DNA from: a virus
Taxonomy: Duplodnaviria; Caudoviricetes
Direction: 5' to 3' (one strand)
Virus record (IMG/VR): IMGVR_UViG_3300037467_002956
Coordinates: 1 to 40,472 of that record
Length of the DNA stretch: 40,472 nt
Part shown: in pieces, positions 27,783 through 34,995 of the stretch
Position numbering within the stretch: position 1 is the stretch's first letter
Layout of the letters: every line of letters starts with the position of its first letter
Made by a program: the position numbers and the translations under genes
Notes under the pieces: model-generated
Told to the model about the DNA's origin: nothing
Databases searched by the model: none
What the model saw: only the letters and a program-made list of their open reading frames with translations

Positions 27783-27931
27783 CAGTACGCAGAAATAAGT
27801 CGGGCCGGGAACGTTTTCGGTGCTCTAACCAACTGAGCTAACCCCCGTCAAAATGGTCGGGGGTACAGGACTCGAACCTGTGACAACCGGCGTGATAGGC
27901 GAAGTATCCCTGTCCTACGTCATGCATACTG
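27783..27931 (-). ncRNA. YrlA-like Y RNA (about 149 nt) with a circularly permuted tRNA module
   Basis: Terminal stem CAGUAUGCA/UGCGUACUG, GACGUAG and UUAUUUC internal loop, then T arm (UUCGAGU), loop-closed acceptor stem and D arm (AGUUGGUUA) in permuted order; directly upstream of the Ro60 gene. Confidence 0.88.
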
Positions 27932-28009
27932 GTGTGATCGGAAATAAACGAGAGCGGTACGTTTTGATAAAGCCAATCGAAGTAACCGCGCTCTACGTCA
28001 CGAGCACAT
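27932..28009 (-). ncRNA. short Y RNA (about 78 nt) sharing the same scaffold, no tRNA module
   Basis: Same UGACGUAG, UACUUC, AAAACGU and UUAUUUC motifs with different but paired stems (UGUG-UCG/CGA-CACA; GAGCGCGGU/ACCGCUCUC). Confidence 0.78.
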
Positions 28010-28013
28010 TCTT

Positions 28014-28042
28014 GTTATAGAAGAACAAAGGCCGGGCTGCAA
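28014..28042 (-). promoter_or_regulatory. sigma70-type promoter for the Y RNA-Ro unit
   Basis: TTGCAG-17 bp-TATAAC; predicted start about 28008-28009 coincides with the 5' end of the short Y RNA. Confidence 0.7.
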
Positions 28043-28083
28043 CGATGATGTTGGCCCGGGCCGCGATTACATGTCGTTTTTAA

Positions 28084-29070
28084 TCAGGCTTTGCCGCGAG
28101 CCTTCTTCACCGGCGCGGGGGACAGCTCAGAGGCGACGTAGTTGTGCTGCACGCCACCCTTGGCCCACTTCACGTCGTAGTAGTTCTGACCGGCGCGCGG
28201 GCCCGAGCCCTCGCGGACGGCGACGATGGTGCCGACCATGCCGGGAGGCGGGATCAGGTGCAGCGGATGCGCCTGCGCCTTCGGGAGGTCGTTTCCGTCC
28301 CAATCGACTGCCCGGTAGTACGCCTTCCAACCGGTGTAGCGGGTATCGTTGTCGACATCGTCGACGTACATCTTATTGCCGCGGCTGTAGGTCGGGTTCT
28401 TGGACTGGTTGTGAACGACCTTGGCGCCCACCTCCAGCTCACCGGCGAGGCTGTTGTCGACGACGTAGATGCGGGAAGGATCGTAGACGCAGATCTGATC
28501 GCCATCGAGCAGGCGACGGATGCCTTTACCCTTGAACCAGACCGCGTCGTAATGAGAGCGCAGGTGGTCGGTCAGTGAGCGCGTCTGGGCGTACCACTCG
28601 CTGTAATCGCGACGCTGGAGGATGTCATCCGGCGGGTTGTAGCCATTCTGGTGCCACCACGTCATCATCTTCGAGGGAGACGCAAAGTTGATCTCCAACA
28701 TGTTCGGGACGTCGAGCCAAAATTCCTTCAGCCCCTTGACGCTGTCACCATTGTAACGCTTGGCCGTTGCTTTCTCAGTCGTCAGGTACACACCATATCC
28801 CAAATGGTGGACCGGAGCTGGAAGGTTGCCGCCGGGGACGTAAGGCCGGAACGGGTAGCCGTTGGCACGCCCGTCTTCTGCGCGATCGACATCGAAGCCG
28901 TTCTGCATGATCGAGTTGATGTCGCTGGTCCCGTGATAGACGGGGCCGAACATCCTCCGCTCACGCGCCTCGCGCGGGGAGATCAGAGGGATCGCGCCCT
29001 CGGTGAGGATCGGAGAAGACGCCTGGGTAGCAGCCTCGACGATCTGCATGAACGTGCGCATCATGTTCAT
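28084..29070 (-). CDS. putative head-packaged ART-like protein
   Basis: MRTFMQIVE and ILTE N-terminal sites; VYHGT, LGYGVYLT..A..Y, YDAV and QICVYDPS.I ART-PolyVal-like motifs. Confidence 0.6.
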   Translation of the reverse strand: MNMMRTFMQIVEAATQASSPILTEGAIPLISPREARERRMFGPVYHGTSDINSIMQNGFDVDRAEDGRANGYPFRPYVPGGNLPAPVHHLGYGVYLTTEKATAKRYNGDSVKGLKEFWLDVPNMLEINFASPSKMMTWWHQNGYNPPDDILQRRDYSEWYAQTRSLTDHLRSHYDAVWFKGKGIRRLLDGDQICVYDPSRIYVVDNSLAGELEVGAKVVHNQSKNPTYSRGNKMYVDDVDNDTRYTGWKAYYRAVDWDGNDLPKAQAHPLHLIPPPGMVGTIVAVREGSGPRAGQNYYDVKWAKGGVQHNYVASELSPAPVKKARGKA

Positions 29071-29513
29071 CGGGCGACGATGTCCATGAACGAGCGCATC
29101 AAATTTTCCTGCACATCCTCGGGCTCACCCTCCGGCTCACCCTCGACCGCATCTTCGTTTCCGGCGATGAGCTTGAGGAAGTCGGGATGGAATCCGCCGT
29201 TGTTCGTGAACACCGGGATTTCGTCGTAGTCGAAATTCGTTTGGGAGCGCATCAGCAGCGGCCAGGGCTCGCGGGAGTTCATCGGCCGGACGAAATGGAA
29301 CTCTTCGCCATTCACCATCGCCGTGACCAGCGGGCAGAACGTGCTGCCGTCAGCCTCGTCCTGCTCGATGGGGAACCCGTCCACGCCGTCGAGATCTGAC
29401 AGCTCGAAGCCCTGCTTCGGCACGTTATCGATGTTGAGATATAGCTGGCCAAGGCACTTGAGCAGGTTGGCGTCGTTGAAGAGATCGCGCGGAACCACGC
29501 GGGTATAAGACAT
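29067..29513 (-). CDS. late hypothetical protein
   Basis: 148 aa, GGAGA SD; TATAAATA at 29573-29580 (minus strand) upstream. Confidence 0.7.
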   Translation of the reverse strand: MSYTRVVPRDLFNDANLLKCLGQLYLNIDNVPKQGFELSDLDGVDGFPIEQDEADGSTFCPLVTAMVNGEEFHFVRPMNSREPWPLLMRSQTNFDYDEIPVFTNNGGFHPDFLKLIAGNEDAVEGEPEGEPEDVQENLMRSFMDIVAR

Positions 29514-29572
29514 GAAACATCTCCAGAGTTCGCGCAGACCTTCGGCGGGAGGCGCGGACGAAAAATTCGTTG

Positions 29573-29580
29573 TATTTATA
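29573..29580 (-). promoter_or_regulatory. late promoter TATAAATA (exact T4 late consensus), followed by a palindrome copy at 29557-29571
   Basis: Plus strand reads tatttata. Confidence 0.7.
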
Positions 29581-29950
29581 TGCTGATCTCAGCCACGTCC
29601 GGCGGTCTCTTCCGGAACCGCTGGGTCTCATCGCACCAGTATTCGACCCAGTTGCGCTGATCCCATCGCTTTCTTCGGGATCTCAGACGCATCAAGTCCG
29701 TGGAGACTTTGCGCCACGCCTCGAACTCGGCATCGGCGGGCGGGCGATTGCCCTTCATGTACCGCTCGTACCACGCGACCCAATTGCGCTCGGCAGCCTC
29801 CAAGCGAGCGATCTCGCCGTCGAGCACCGTGCAGGATGTCTCCCAGGGCTCCTGCCCCGTACCGGCGCAGACCTCGCTCTTGCGGTGGTGCAGCTTGATC
29901 GTGCCGTCGGACCTCAGCCCCTTGGTTGCACCGCAGATCTGGCACTTCAT
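29576..29950 (-). CDS. hypothetical protein with CxxC...H..C motif
   Basis: Probable start ATG 29950 (MKCQICG) with GGAGA SD; palindrome 30026-30040 upstream. Confidence 0.6.
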   Translation of the reverse strand: MKCQICGATKGLRSDGTIKLHHRKSEVCAGTGQEPWETSCTVLDGEIARLEAAERNWVAWYERYMKGNRPPADAEFEAWRKVSTDLMRLRSRRKRWDQRNWVEYWCDETQRFRKRPPDVAEISI

Positions 29951-30093
29951 CGTCGTCTCCGCGTCCGATCGGTGGCCGCTCCTCCATCGTGGTACGCACG
30001 GACCCAAAATCCGCAACTAATCCGCGACGAGATTTTCGTCGAAATTTTCCTCTGCTGCCGCCGCACTATTAATTGAATTTTTCTCTGATTTCA

Positions 30094-30099
30094 TAAATA
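30094..30099 (+). promoter_or_regulatory. late promoter TAAATA
   Basis: caTAAATAc upstream of 30140. Confidence 0.7.
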
Positions 30100-30139
30100 C
30101 TTTCAAGCAAACCCCCTCATGGGGAAAGGATATAATCAA

Positions 30140-30499
30140 ATGACTACGACTACTCAGGTTAACGGCACGGCTGTTGCGGGCGAGTCGCTCGGTTCTGGCC
30201 TCGACTTCTACACCATCTCCACCGGCGTCAACATCCTCGGCGGCGCGTTCGGCACCACCTCGCAGAACGTTCTGGATCGCCTCGTGCAGATCATCGCCAT
30301 GAACGGCCAGCCGGTTCTGCTCGGCCAGCCGACTTCGGACGGTCAGGCCACCCCGACCTACACCCTGAAGTTCGCGATCGAGCACCGCGGCTCCTGGGCC
30401 TCGGCTGCCGACCTCCAGGCTGCAATCCTGGCGAACTGCCCGGCTTCGATGGGCTTCACCTCCTCGAACCTCACGGTTCTGGTCAACCCGTCCCTCTAA
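30140..30499 (+). CDS. highly expressed small virion structural protein (head decoration-like)
   Basis: AAGGA SD, late promoter, own terminator, strongly biased codons, Thr/Gly/Ala-rich 119 aa. Confidence 0.65.
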   Translation: MTTTTQVNGTAVAGESLGSGLDFYTISTGVNILGGAFGTTSQNVLDRLVQIIAMNGQPVLLGQPTSDGQATPTYTLKFAIEHRGSWASAADLQAAILANCPASMGFTSSNLTVLVNPSL

Positions 30500-30521
30500 G
30501 TTCTACTGAACTGGAAAACAG

Positions 30522-30547
30522 AAAGCCCGGCTGACGCCGGGCTTTTT
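30522..30547 (+). terminator. intrinsic terminator
   Basis: AAAGCCCGGC-TGAC-GCCGGGCTTTTT. Confidence 0.88.
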
Positions 30548-30561
30548 GCATAAATACATCA

Positions 30562-30726
30562 ATGTTGACGTCCGAGATATTCTCGAAAGCATCTCCCAAG
30601 GCCAACCGGATCTGGCGCAAGCGCGGTTCCGAGGTGTCTCAGCACGCCCGGCCCCCGAAGGAGCAGCCTCCGGTCTCGCGTCGCCGTTTCGCGCCCGTGG
30701 AGAAGAAGGACGATGCCCAACACTGA
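30562..30726 (+). CDS. small basic late protein (not in ORF track)
   Basis: TAAATA 30551-30556, then 5 nt, then ATG; MLTSEIFSKASPKANRIWRKRG...QH, 54 aa, overlapping the start of the next gene. Confidence 0.5.
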   Translation: MLTSEIFSKASPKANRIWRKRGSEVSQHARPPKEQPPVSRRRFAPVEKKDDAQH

Positions 30727-31189
30727 CGATACCAGCTTCATCGAGAAGCTAAGCCACCTCCTGGGGATTGACCCGGACGAGGCGACCTCAAAGGTCGGCG
30801 CCATGGACGTCGACAACGCGATCGAATTGGTCTCGGCCGTTTCCGCTGGCGATGCCCAACGCGCCAGGGCCCTCCTCAGCACCGCATCGGAAGACACCTC
30901 GGACGATGATACCGACGAGGCAGAGGACGGCGACGAGGCCCGGCAGGTCACCGACACCGATAACAGCCTGGATATCGACTCGCCCCACAACTTCGCCTAC
31001 GGCGATGCCGTCGTCGTCAACGGCGAGAAGGGCGTGGTGAAGATCCCGCGCAATGGCAAGGGGAAGGTCGGCGTGCTCATCAACGGCAAGATGCGGCTCT
31101 GCGACCCAAGCGAGGTCAAGCCCGAGAACGACACCATCTCTGAGGATGTCGACCGCGTTCTCACTCTGGCTGGCCTCAAGAGCCGCTGA
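30713..31189 (+). CDS. acidic late protein
   Basis: 158 aa, GGAGAAG SD; ends ISEDVDRVLTLAGL. Confidence 0.7.
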   Translation: MPNTDDTSFIEKLSHLLGIDPDEATSKVGAMDVDNAIELVSAVSAGDAQRARALLSTASEDTSDDDTDEAEDGDEARQVTDTDNSLDIDSPHNFAYGDAVVVNGEKGVVKIPRNGKGKVGVLINGKMRLCDPSEVKPENDTISEDVDRVLTLAGLKSR

Positions 31190-31207
31190 CGGCGTCAAAG
31201 CTTCATG

Positions 31208-31241
31208 AAAAAAGCCCCCGGATCTCTCCGGGGGCTTTTTT
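31208..31241. terminator. bidirectional intrinsic terminator
   Basis: AAAAAA-GCCCCCGGA...TCCGGGGGC-TTTTT between convergent genes. Confidence 0.9.
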
Positions 31242-31250
31242 GTATCCGGG

Positions 31251-32639
31251 TTACCCGAGAACGGTGCCGTTCGGCAGTTGGAGCTGCCCGTTCGTCCGGA
31301 AGATGAACATCTTACCGGTATCCACGCAGGTCAGTGTCATCGCGTTGTCGTTGACATCGTTGTTGACCTTGCCGCGCTGGCCGAGCTGCCAGTGAGCGAA
31401 GCCATCGTTCCAACCCTGGACGTGATTGTAGTCGCCGTACCAGAACTGGCCGTCATTGCCCTTGTCCGGCGGCTGGGTGCCGTTGCCGACATCAAGCACG
31501 TCGATCGTGATCTGCCCGGGGACTGTGGCTCCCTGGCGATCCCACGTGCCCTCGACGTAGCCCTTGTTGAAGGCGGACAGGCGGCGGATGCGAAGGCCAT
31601 AGTTGTTTACGCCGTTGGCACCGGCAGCCGCATAGAACGGACGGCCGGTTCCGCCCTGAGCTTGGTGGTTGAGCGAGTTGATCACAAGGTTGTCGCAGTA
31701 CTCGAACAGCACGCCGACGCCGCTCCACGTCCAGATGTTCAGATCGATCTTGTCGACGAGCGAGGTGTTGCCTGCGCCGTAGAAGCCAGCGAAGCGAACG
31801 CCGTGGACGTTCTGTGTGTTGGCCTGGGACGCCTCCTGCCAGATGGTCAGGTTGATGTCGAGGAACTGGTTGTCACCCGCCTCACCGAGCCCGGTGGTGG
31901 TGTTGCCGCTGCGGGTATCATCCTGGCAGTCGAACACCGCGCACTCGTAGCCGAGAGCATCCTTGAGGAAGAGGTGGTAGACGCCGTTGTTGACCGAGAG
32001 CACTTCGAGAAGCCGCGGCGAGACGTTGTTGCCCAGGACGCGCAGGTACTTGAAGCCGCCGCCCATGCACTTGTACGCCTCGGAGACCGGCACGCCGCGC
32101 TCGGCGGCCGTCTGCGACCGGTGCAGGAGCACCGTGAACGCGCCCGTCGGGAGGATGGTGGTGCCGGTCTTCTCGATCGCCGCAGCAGCCGCCACGCTCG
32201 GCTCGTGCGGGTAGTCCGTGCCGACGCCCTGGACGATCACGTTGTCGTACTTGTTCTCGATCGTGCGAGACACGTAGATGGTCGTTTGCGGGAGCTGGAC
32301 GATGCCGCCGCCGATGCCGTGCAGGTAGATCATCGCCGCGTCGATCGCGTCGCTGTTCTGCCCGGCGTTCTGCTGAAGCCAGGGGCTCAGCATGCCGGTG
32401 TGCCCGGCCGGGATCGTGTTGTTGACCACGACGATCTTCCACCAAGAGCCGTCACCAGCCTGGATCGGCATCAACCCATCGGAGGGGCCGGTGGAGCGCA
32501 CATACAGCGCGCCAGCGTGCTCGTCGCCGAAGTTGGCCCAGCCGGTGGCGATGAAGCCCTGCTGATCAGCCGAAAATGTGAGATTGGGAATGTTCGCTCG
32601 GAGAACACCTCCGAGCGAGACAGTGTTAGGAGTAGTCAT
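31251..32639 (-). CDS. tail spike/fibre with pectate-lyase-like beta-helix
   Basis: GWANFGDEHAGALY..DGSWW tailspike head motif; NSDAIDAA...GGGIVQLPQTTIYV beta-helix cap; Asn/Gly-rich repeats. Confidence 0.7.
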   Translation of the reverse strand: MTTPNTVSLGGVLRANIPNLTFSADQQGFIATGWANFGDEHAGALYVRSTGPSDGLMPIQAGDGSWWKIVVVNNTIPAGHTGMLSPWLQQNAGQNSDAIDAAMIYLHGIGGGIVQLPQTTIYVSRTIENKYDNVIVQGVGTDYPHEPSVAAAAAIEKTGTTILPTGAFTVLLHRSQTAAERGVPVSEAYKCMGGGFKYLRVLGNNVSPRLLEVLSVNNGVYHLFLKDALGYECAVFDCQDDTRSGNTTTGLGEAGDNQFLDINLTIWQEASQANTQNVHGVRFAGFYGAGNTSLVDKIDLNIWTWSGVGVLFEYCDNLVINSLNHQAQGGTGRPFYAAAGANGVNNYGLRIRRLSAFNKGYVEGTWDRQGATVPGQITIDVLDVGNGTQPPDKGNDGQFWYGDYNHVQGWNDGFAHWQLGQRGKVNNDVNDNAMTLTCVDTGKMFIFRTNGQLQLPNGTVLG

Positions 32640-32690
32640 GCGACTACTTTCTCACAAAGCCATCGCAACTACACTATTGAGTTGCCAGAT

Positions 32691-33062
32691 CTAGACCGCG
32701 TGCAGCCGCATCAGCAGCATGTCTTCGCGCATGACCTCGGTGTCGCCCCAGACTGTCAGGGTTTCGTATCGTTCACTGAATATCTGCCGCTTGAGCTTGA
32801 TCATCCATTGGTCGCAGACGATCCTATACTCGTACTCGAACTTACCGAATGACACCTCGGGGTCATTCAGGTCGAACTCAACCACCCAGGTAAACTGGAA
32901 AGGTCGTTCATCCATGAAGAAGGCGACAGACCCGTCGGACCCGTCCGTCTGGCGCGAGGACGACGGCATCTTATTGCCCATGATGGCGTTGACGAGCGCG
33001 TGAAGGTTCACGCCCTCGGCCCGGATGAATTCGGGCGTCAAATCGAGTGGGAGCTTACACAT
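32691..33062 (-). CDS. paralogue 7 of GD-x6-D-x4-RL array
   Basis: Probable start ATG 33062; ends VWGDTEVMREDMLLMRLHAV. Confidence 0.7.
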   Translation of the reverse strand: MCKLPLDLTPEFIRAEGVNLHALVNAIMGNKMPSSSRQTDGSDGSVAFFMDERPFQFTWVVEFDLNDPEVSFGKFEYEYRIVCDQWMIKLKRQIFSERYETLTVWGDTEVMREDMLLMRLHAV

Positions 33063-33417
33063 GAAGCCGAAGCGTGACAAAATCTTCGACGATTGTCGAT
33101 AAGTCGCCGTGGACATCAAAGTCTTTATCGATCAATGGCGCGCCGTTTTCGCCTCGCGAGCGAACGATCATCAGGTCGACATGCCACTTACGCATGGACA
33201 ATCGATAGAAAATGCCATCGCATCCGTCCACGTTGTACATGTTTAGCGTGCACAAATCTCCTGCGGCCTCAACGACGATTGTCGCGCGATCGGTCGAGTA
33301 TTCCTTGGACACGTTCTCGCCCTCGGCATCGAGAAAGCTTCCGATCACCGAGACGATGGATTCGGTGTCTATGCCTTCCATCTCCCAGGCGGCGAGTTGC
33401 GGTCTCAGCTCATCCAT
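33055..33417 (-). CDS. paralogue 6 of array
   Basis: Ends VHGDLSTIVEDFVTLRLHV. Confidence 0.7.
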   Translation of the reverse strand: MDELRPQLAAWEMEGIDTESIVSVIGSFLDAEGENVSKEYSTDRATIVVEAAGDLCTLNMYNVDGCDGIFYRLSMRKWHVDLMIVRSRGENGAPLIDKDFDVHGDLSTIVEDFVTLRLHV

Positions 33418-33713
33418 AGGCGCACAGCCAGAAGGTCGGCCAGAATTTCCTCGGCATCACCGTGAACCTCAAGGATCTCCGTGAACCATTTACTGCATGC
33501 ATGGAAGGATGGCGACCGCCCAACTATAACTTCCCAATTCTCTCGTCGGAATATGTTGTGGCCTTCACCATACAATGACAGTCTGACTTCAATCTCGATG
33601 CTTATATCGCCAAACTGATAGATTACGCCCTCGGAGCCGAAGCTACTCTTCCAATGCGGGTTGTCGAGAGCGCAGTCGTAGATGACGTCGAAGAGTTCTG
33701 CGGTGAGCGTCAT
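33405..33713 (-). CDS. paralogue 5 of array
   Basis: Ends VHGDAEEILADLLAVRLWMS. Confidence 0.7.
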   Translation of the reverse strand: MTLTAELFDVIYDCALDNPHWKSSFGSEGVIYQFGDISIEIEVRLSLYGEGHNIFRRENWEVIVGRSPSFHACSKWFTEILEVHGDAEEILADLLAVRLWMS

Positions 33714-33718
33714 CTTGA

Positions 33719-34048
33719 TCAGGACAGGGCGAGCACAAACGCAGCGAGGTCGGTGATGATCTCAGTTTCATCGCCGCTGACGGTGATGATCTCTCCGAAC
33801 ATTGGGGTGGAGCTTCCGCCGAACACCCCCTTCTTCTTGAGCAGCGTCACTTCCCAGCGGCTGCTGGCGTAGGTGACCTGCCGGTCCCCTTCGTAGGTGA
33901 CGGTGAGATCCATCCCAGCGAGGCAGTACCGTGACGTGTTCCCATCGTGGACATAACGCGCGCCTTCCCCGCGCTCGTATGCCTTGAACAGGTTGTCCAT
34001 GATGGCCCGATGAAGCGCGTTAAAGTTTTCGATGAGAGCTGTCGTCAT
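33719..34048 (-). CDS. paralogue 4 of array
   Basis: Ends VSGDETEIITDLAAFVLALS. Confidence 0.7.
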   Translation of the reverse strand: MTTALIENFNALHRAIMDNLFKAYERGEGARYVHDGNTSRYCLAGMDLTVTYEGDRQVTYASSRWEVTLLKKKGVFGGSSTPMFGEIITVSGDETEIITDLAAFVLALS

Positions 34049-34374
34049 GCAACCAGCAATCTCATGGCGGCGAAGTCCTCGATCATATCCTCTTGATTGC
34101 CGCGGATGTAGACGATGTCATCGACCACGTGGCGGAGACGTCTCATCACGTAGTGATTCTGGATCGAGAGCGTCATCCGCCAACGGCCGCCGTCGAGCGT
34201 GACCAGCCAGCGAACGCGGCGGTTGTCGACTTTCCGAGAGATGAAGCGCACGTCGATGCCGACGATCTCGACAACCGCATCGTATTTCATGTGCGCTGCC
34301 GCCTTGTTGATCTCGTCTCCGAAGATCTGCTGTATGAGTTCCTTGTCGACCACGTTCCTACCAGATGTCGCCAT
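34045..34374 (-). CDS. paralogue 3 of array
   Basis: Ends IRGNQEDMIEDFAAMRLLVA. Confidence 0.7.
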   Translation of the reverse strand: MATSGRNVVDKELIQQIFGDEINKAAAHMKYDAVVEIVGIDVRFISRKVDNRRVRWLVTLDGGRWRMTLSIQNHYVMRRLRHVVDDIVYIRGNQEDMIEDFAAMRLLVA

Positions 34375-34666
34375 CCGATATCGCCAACCGGATGGCCGTA
34401 AAGTCTTCCAGCATGGCTTCCTCTCCCCGTTGGTACAGAACGGTTTCGAGGATTTTTCCTCTGCGGTATGAGTCTATTGTATCGAAGATCGTCACCGTAA
34501 TTCCCCACCTGTCCGTGTAAAACGTCAGACGTATGGTATTATCACGATGCGCCAGGATCTTCACATCGATCCCAGCAACCTCGATCTCCCCACGATAATC
34601 GTTGATGCTGCGAGAATGCTTTATCAGATAGACGATTATATCGTTCAGCGTCTCCAAATCGATCAT
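34358..34666 (-). CDS. paralogue 2 of array
   Basis: Ends QRGEEAMLEDFTAIRLAISDGDIW. Confidence 0.7.
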   Translation of the reverse strand: MIDLETLNDIIVYLIKHSRSINDYRGEIEVAGIDVKILAHRDNTIRLTFYTDRWGITVTIFDTIDSYRRGKILETVLYQRGEEAMLEDFTAIRLAISDGDIW

Positions 34667-34995
34667 AAGTGCCTCAGCCTGAAGGCGACGAGGTCCGAGC
34701 GCAGGACCTCGATGTCTCCCCAGAGGAAGGTGACGTCGTAGGGGCGAGCACGCGTATCAAACCAGTCCGTACACGCGTCGCTGATCCTCACCGTCCACAT
34801 GCCCGGCGAGGAGACGTAGTAGGCGTACTTCCGGGTGTCTTCATCCATCTCCACCCGCAGCGGGTGATCGAGGACACCCGGGAGCAGGAAGGACGTCTGG
34901 CCGATGAGGATGTCGAGAGAGACCGTCGCCCACTTGCACAGGACTTGAGCCCAGAGCGCCTGGACGGCGGCGACTTCGTCATCGCTCAAGCTCAC
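34663..34995 (-). CDS. paralogue 1 of array
   Basis: Ends LWGDIEVLRSDLVAFRLRHL. Confidence 0.7.
   Translation of the reverse strand: MSLSDDEVAAVQALWAQVLCKWATVSLDILIGQTSFLLPGVLDHPLRVEMDEDTRKYAYYVSSPGMWTVRISDACTDWFDTRARPYDVTFLWGDIEVLRSDLVAFRLRHL

Noticed and set aside
27713-27832. 40-aa N-terminal extension of the TROVE ORF in the ORF track
   Set aside because: It overlaps the Y RNA and the hairpin and reads as non-protein-like; ATG 27712 is the plausible start.
27818-27900. Ordinary tRNA gene
   Set aside because: The halves are in permuted order (anticodon/T/CCA before acceptor-5'/D) and embedded in a Y RNA scaffold, so it is not a colinear tRNA gene.
27783-28009. Known self-cleaving ribozyme as the scaffold
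   Set aside because: No hammerhead (CUGANGA/GAAA), hairpin, twister or HDV/theta core could be recognised by eye; adjacency to Ro60 explains the motifs better.
31278-32852. 524-aa plus-strand ORF
   Set aside because: Antisense shadow of the tail-spike gene.
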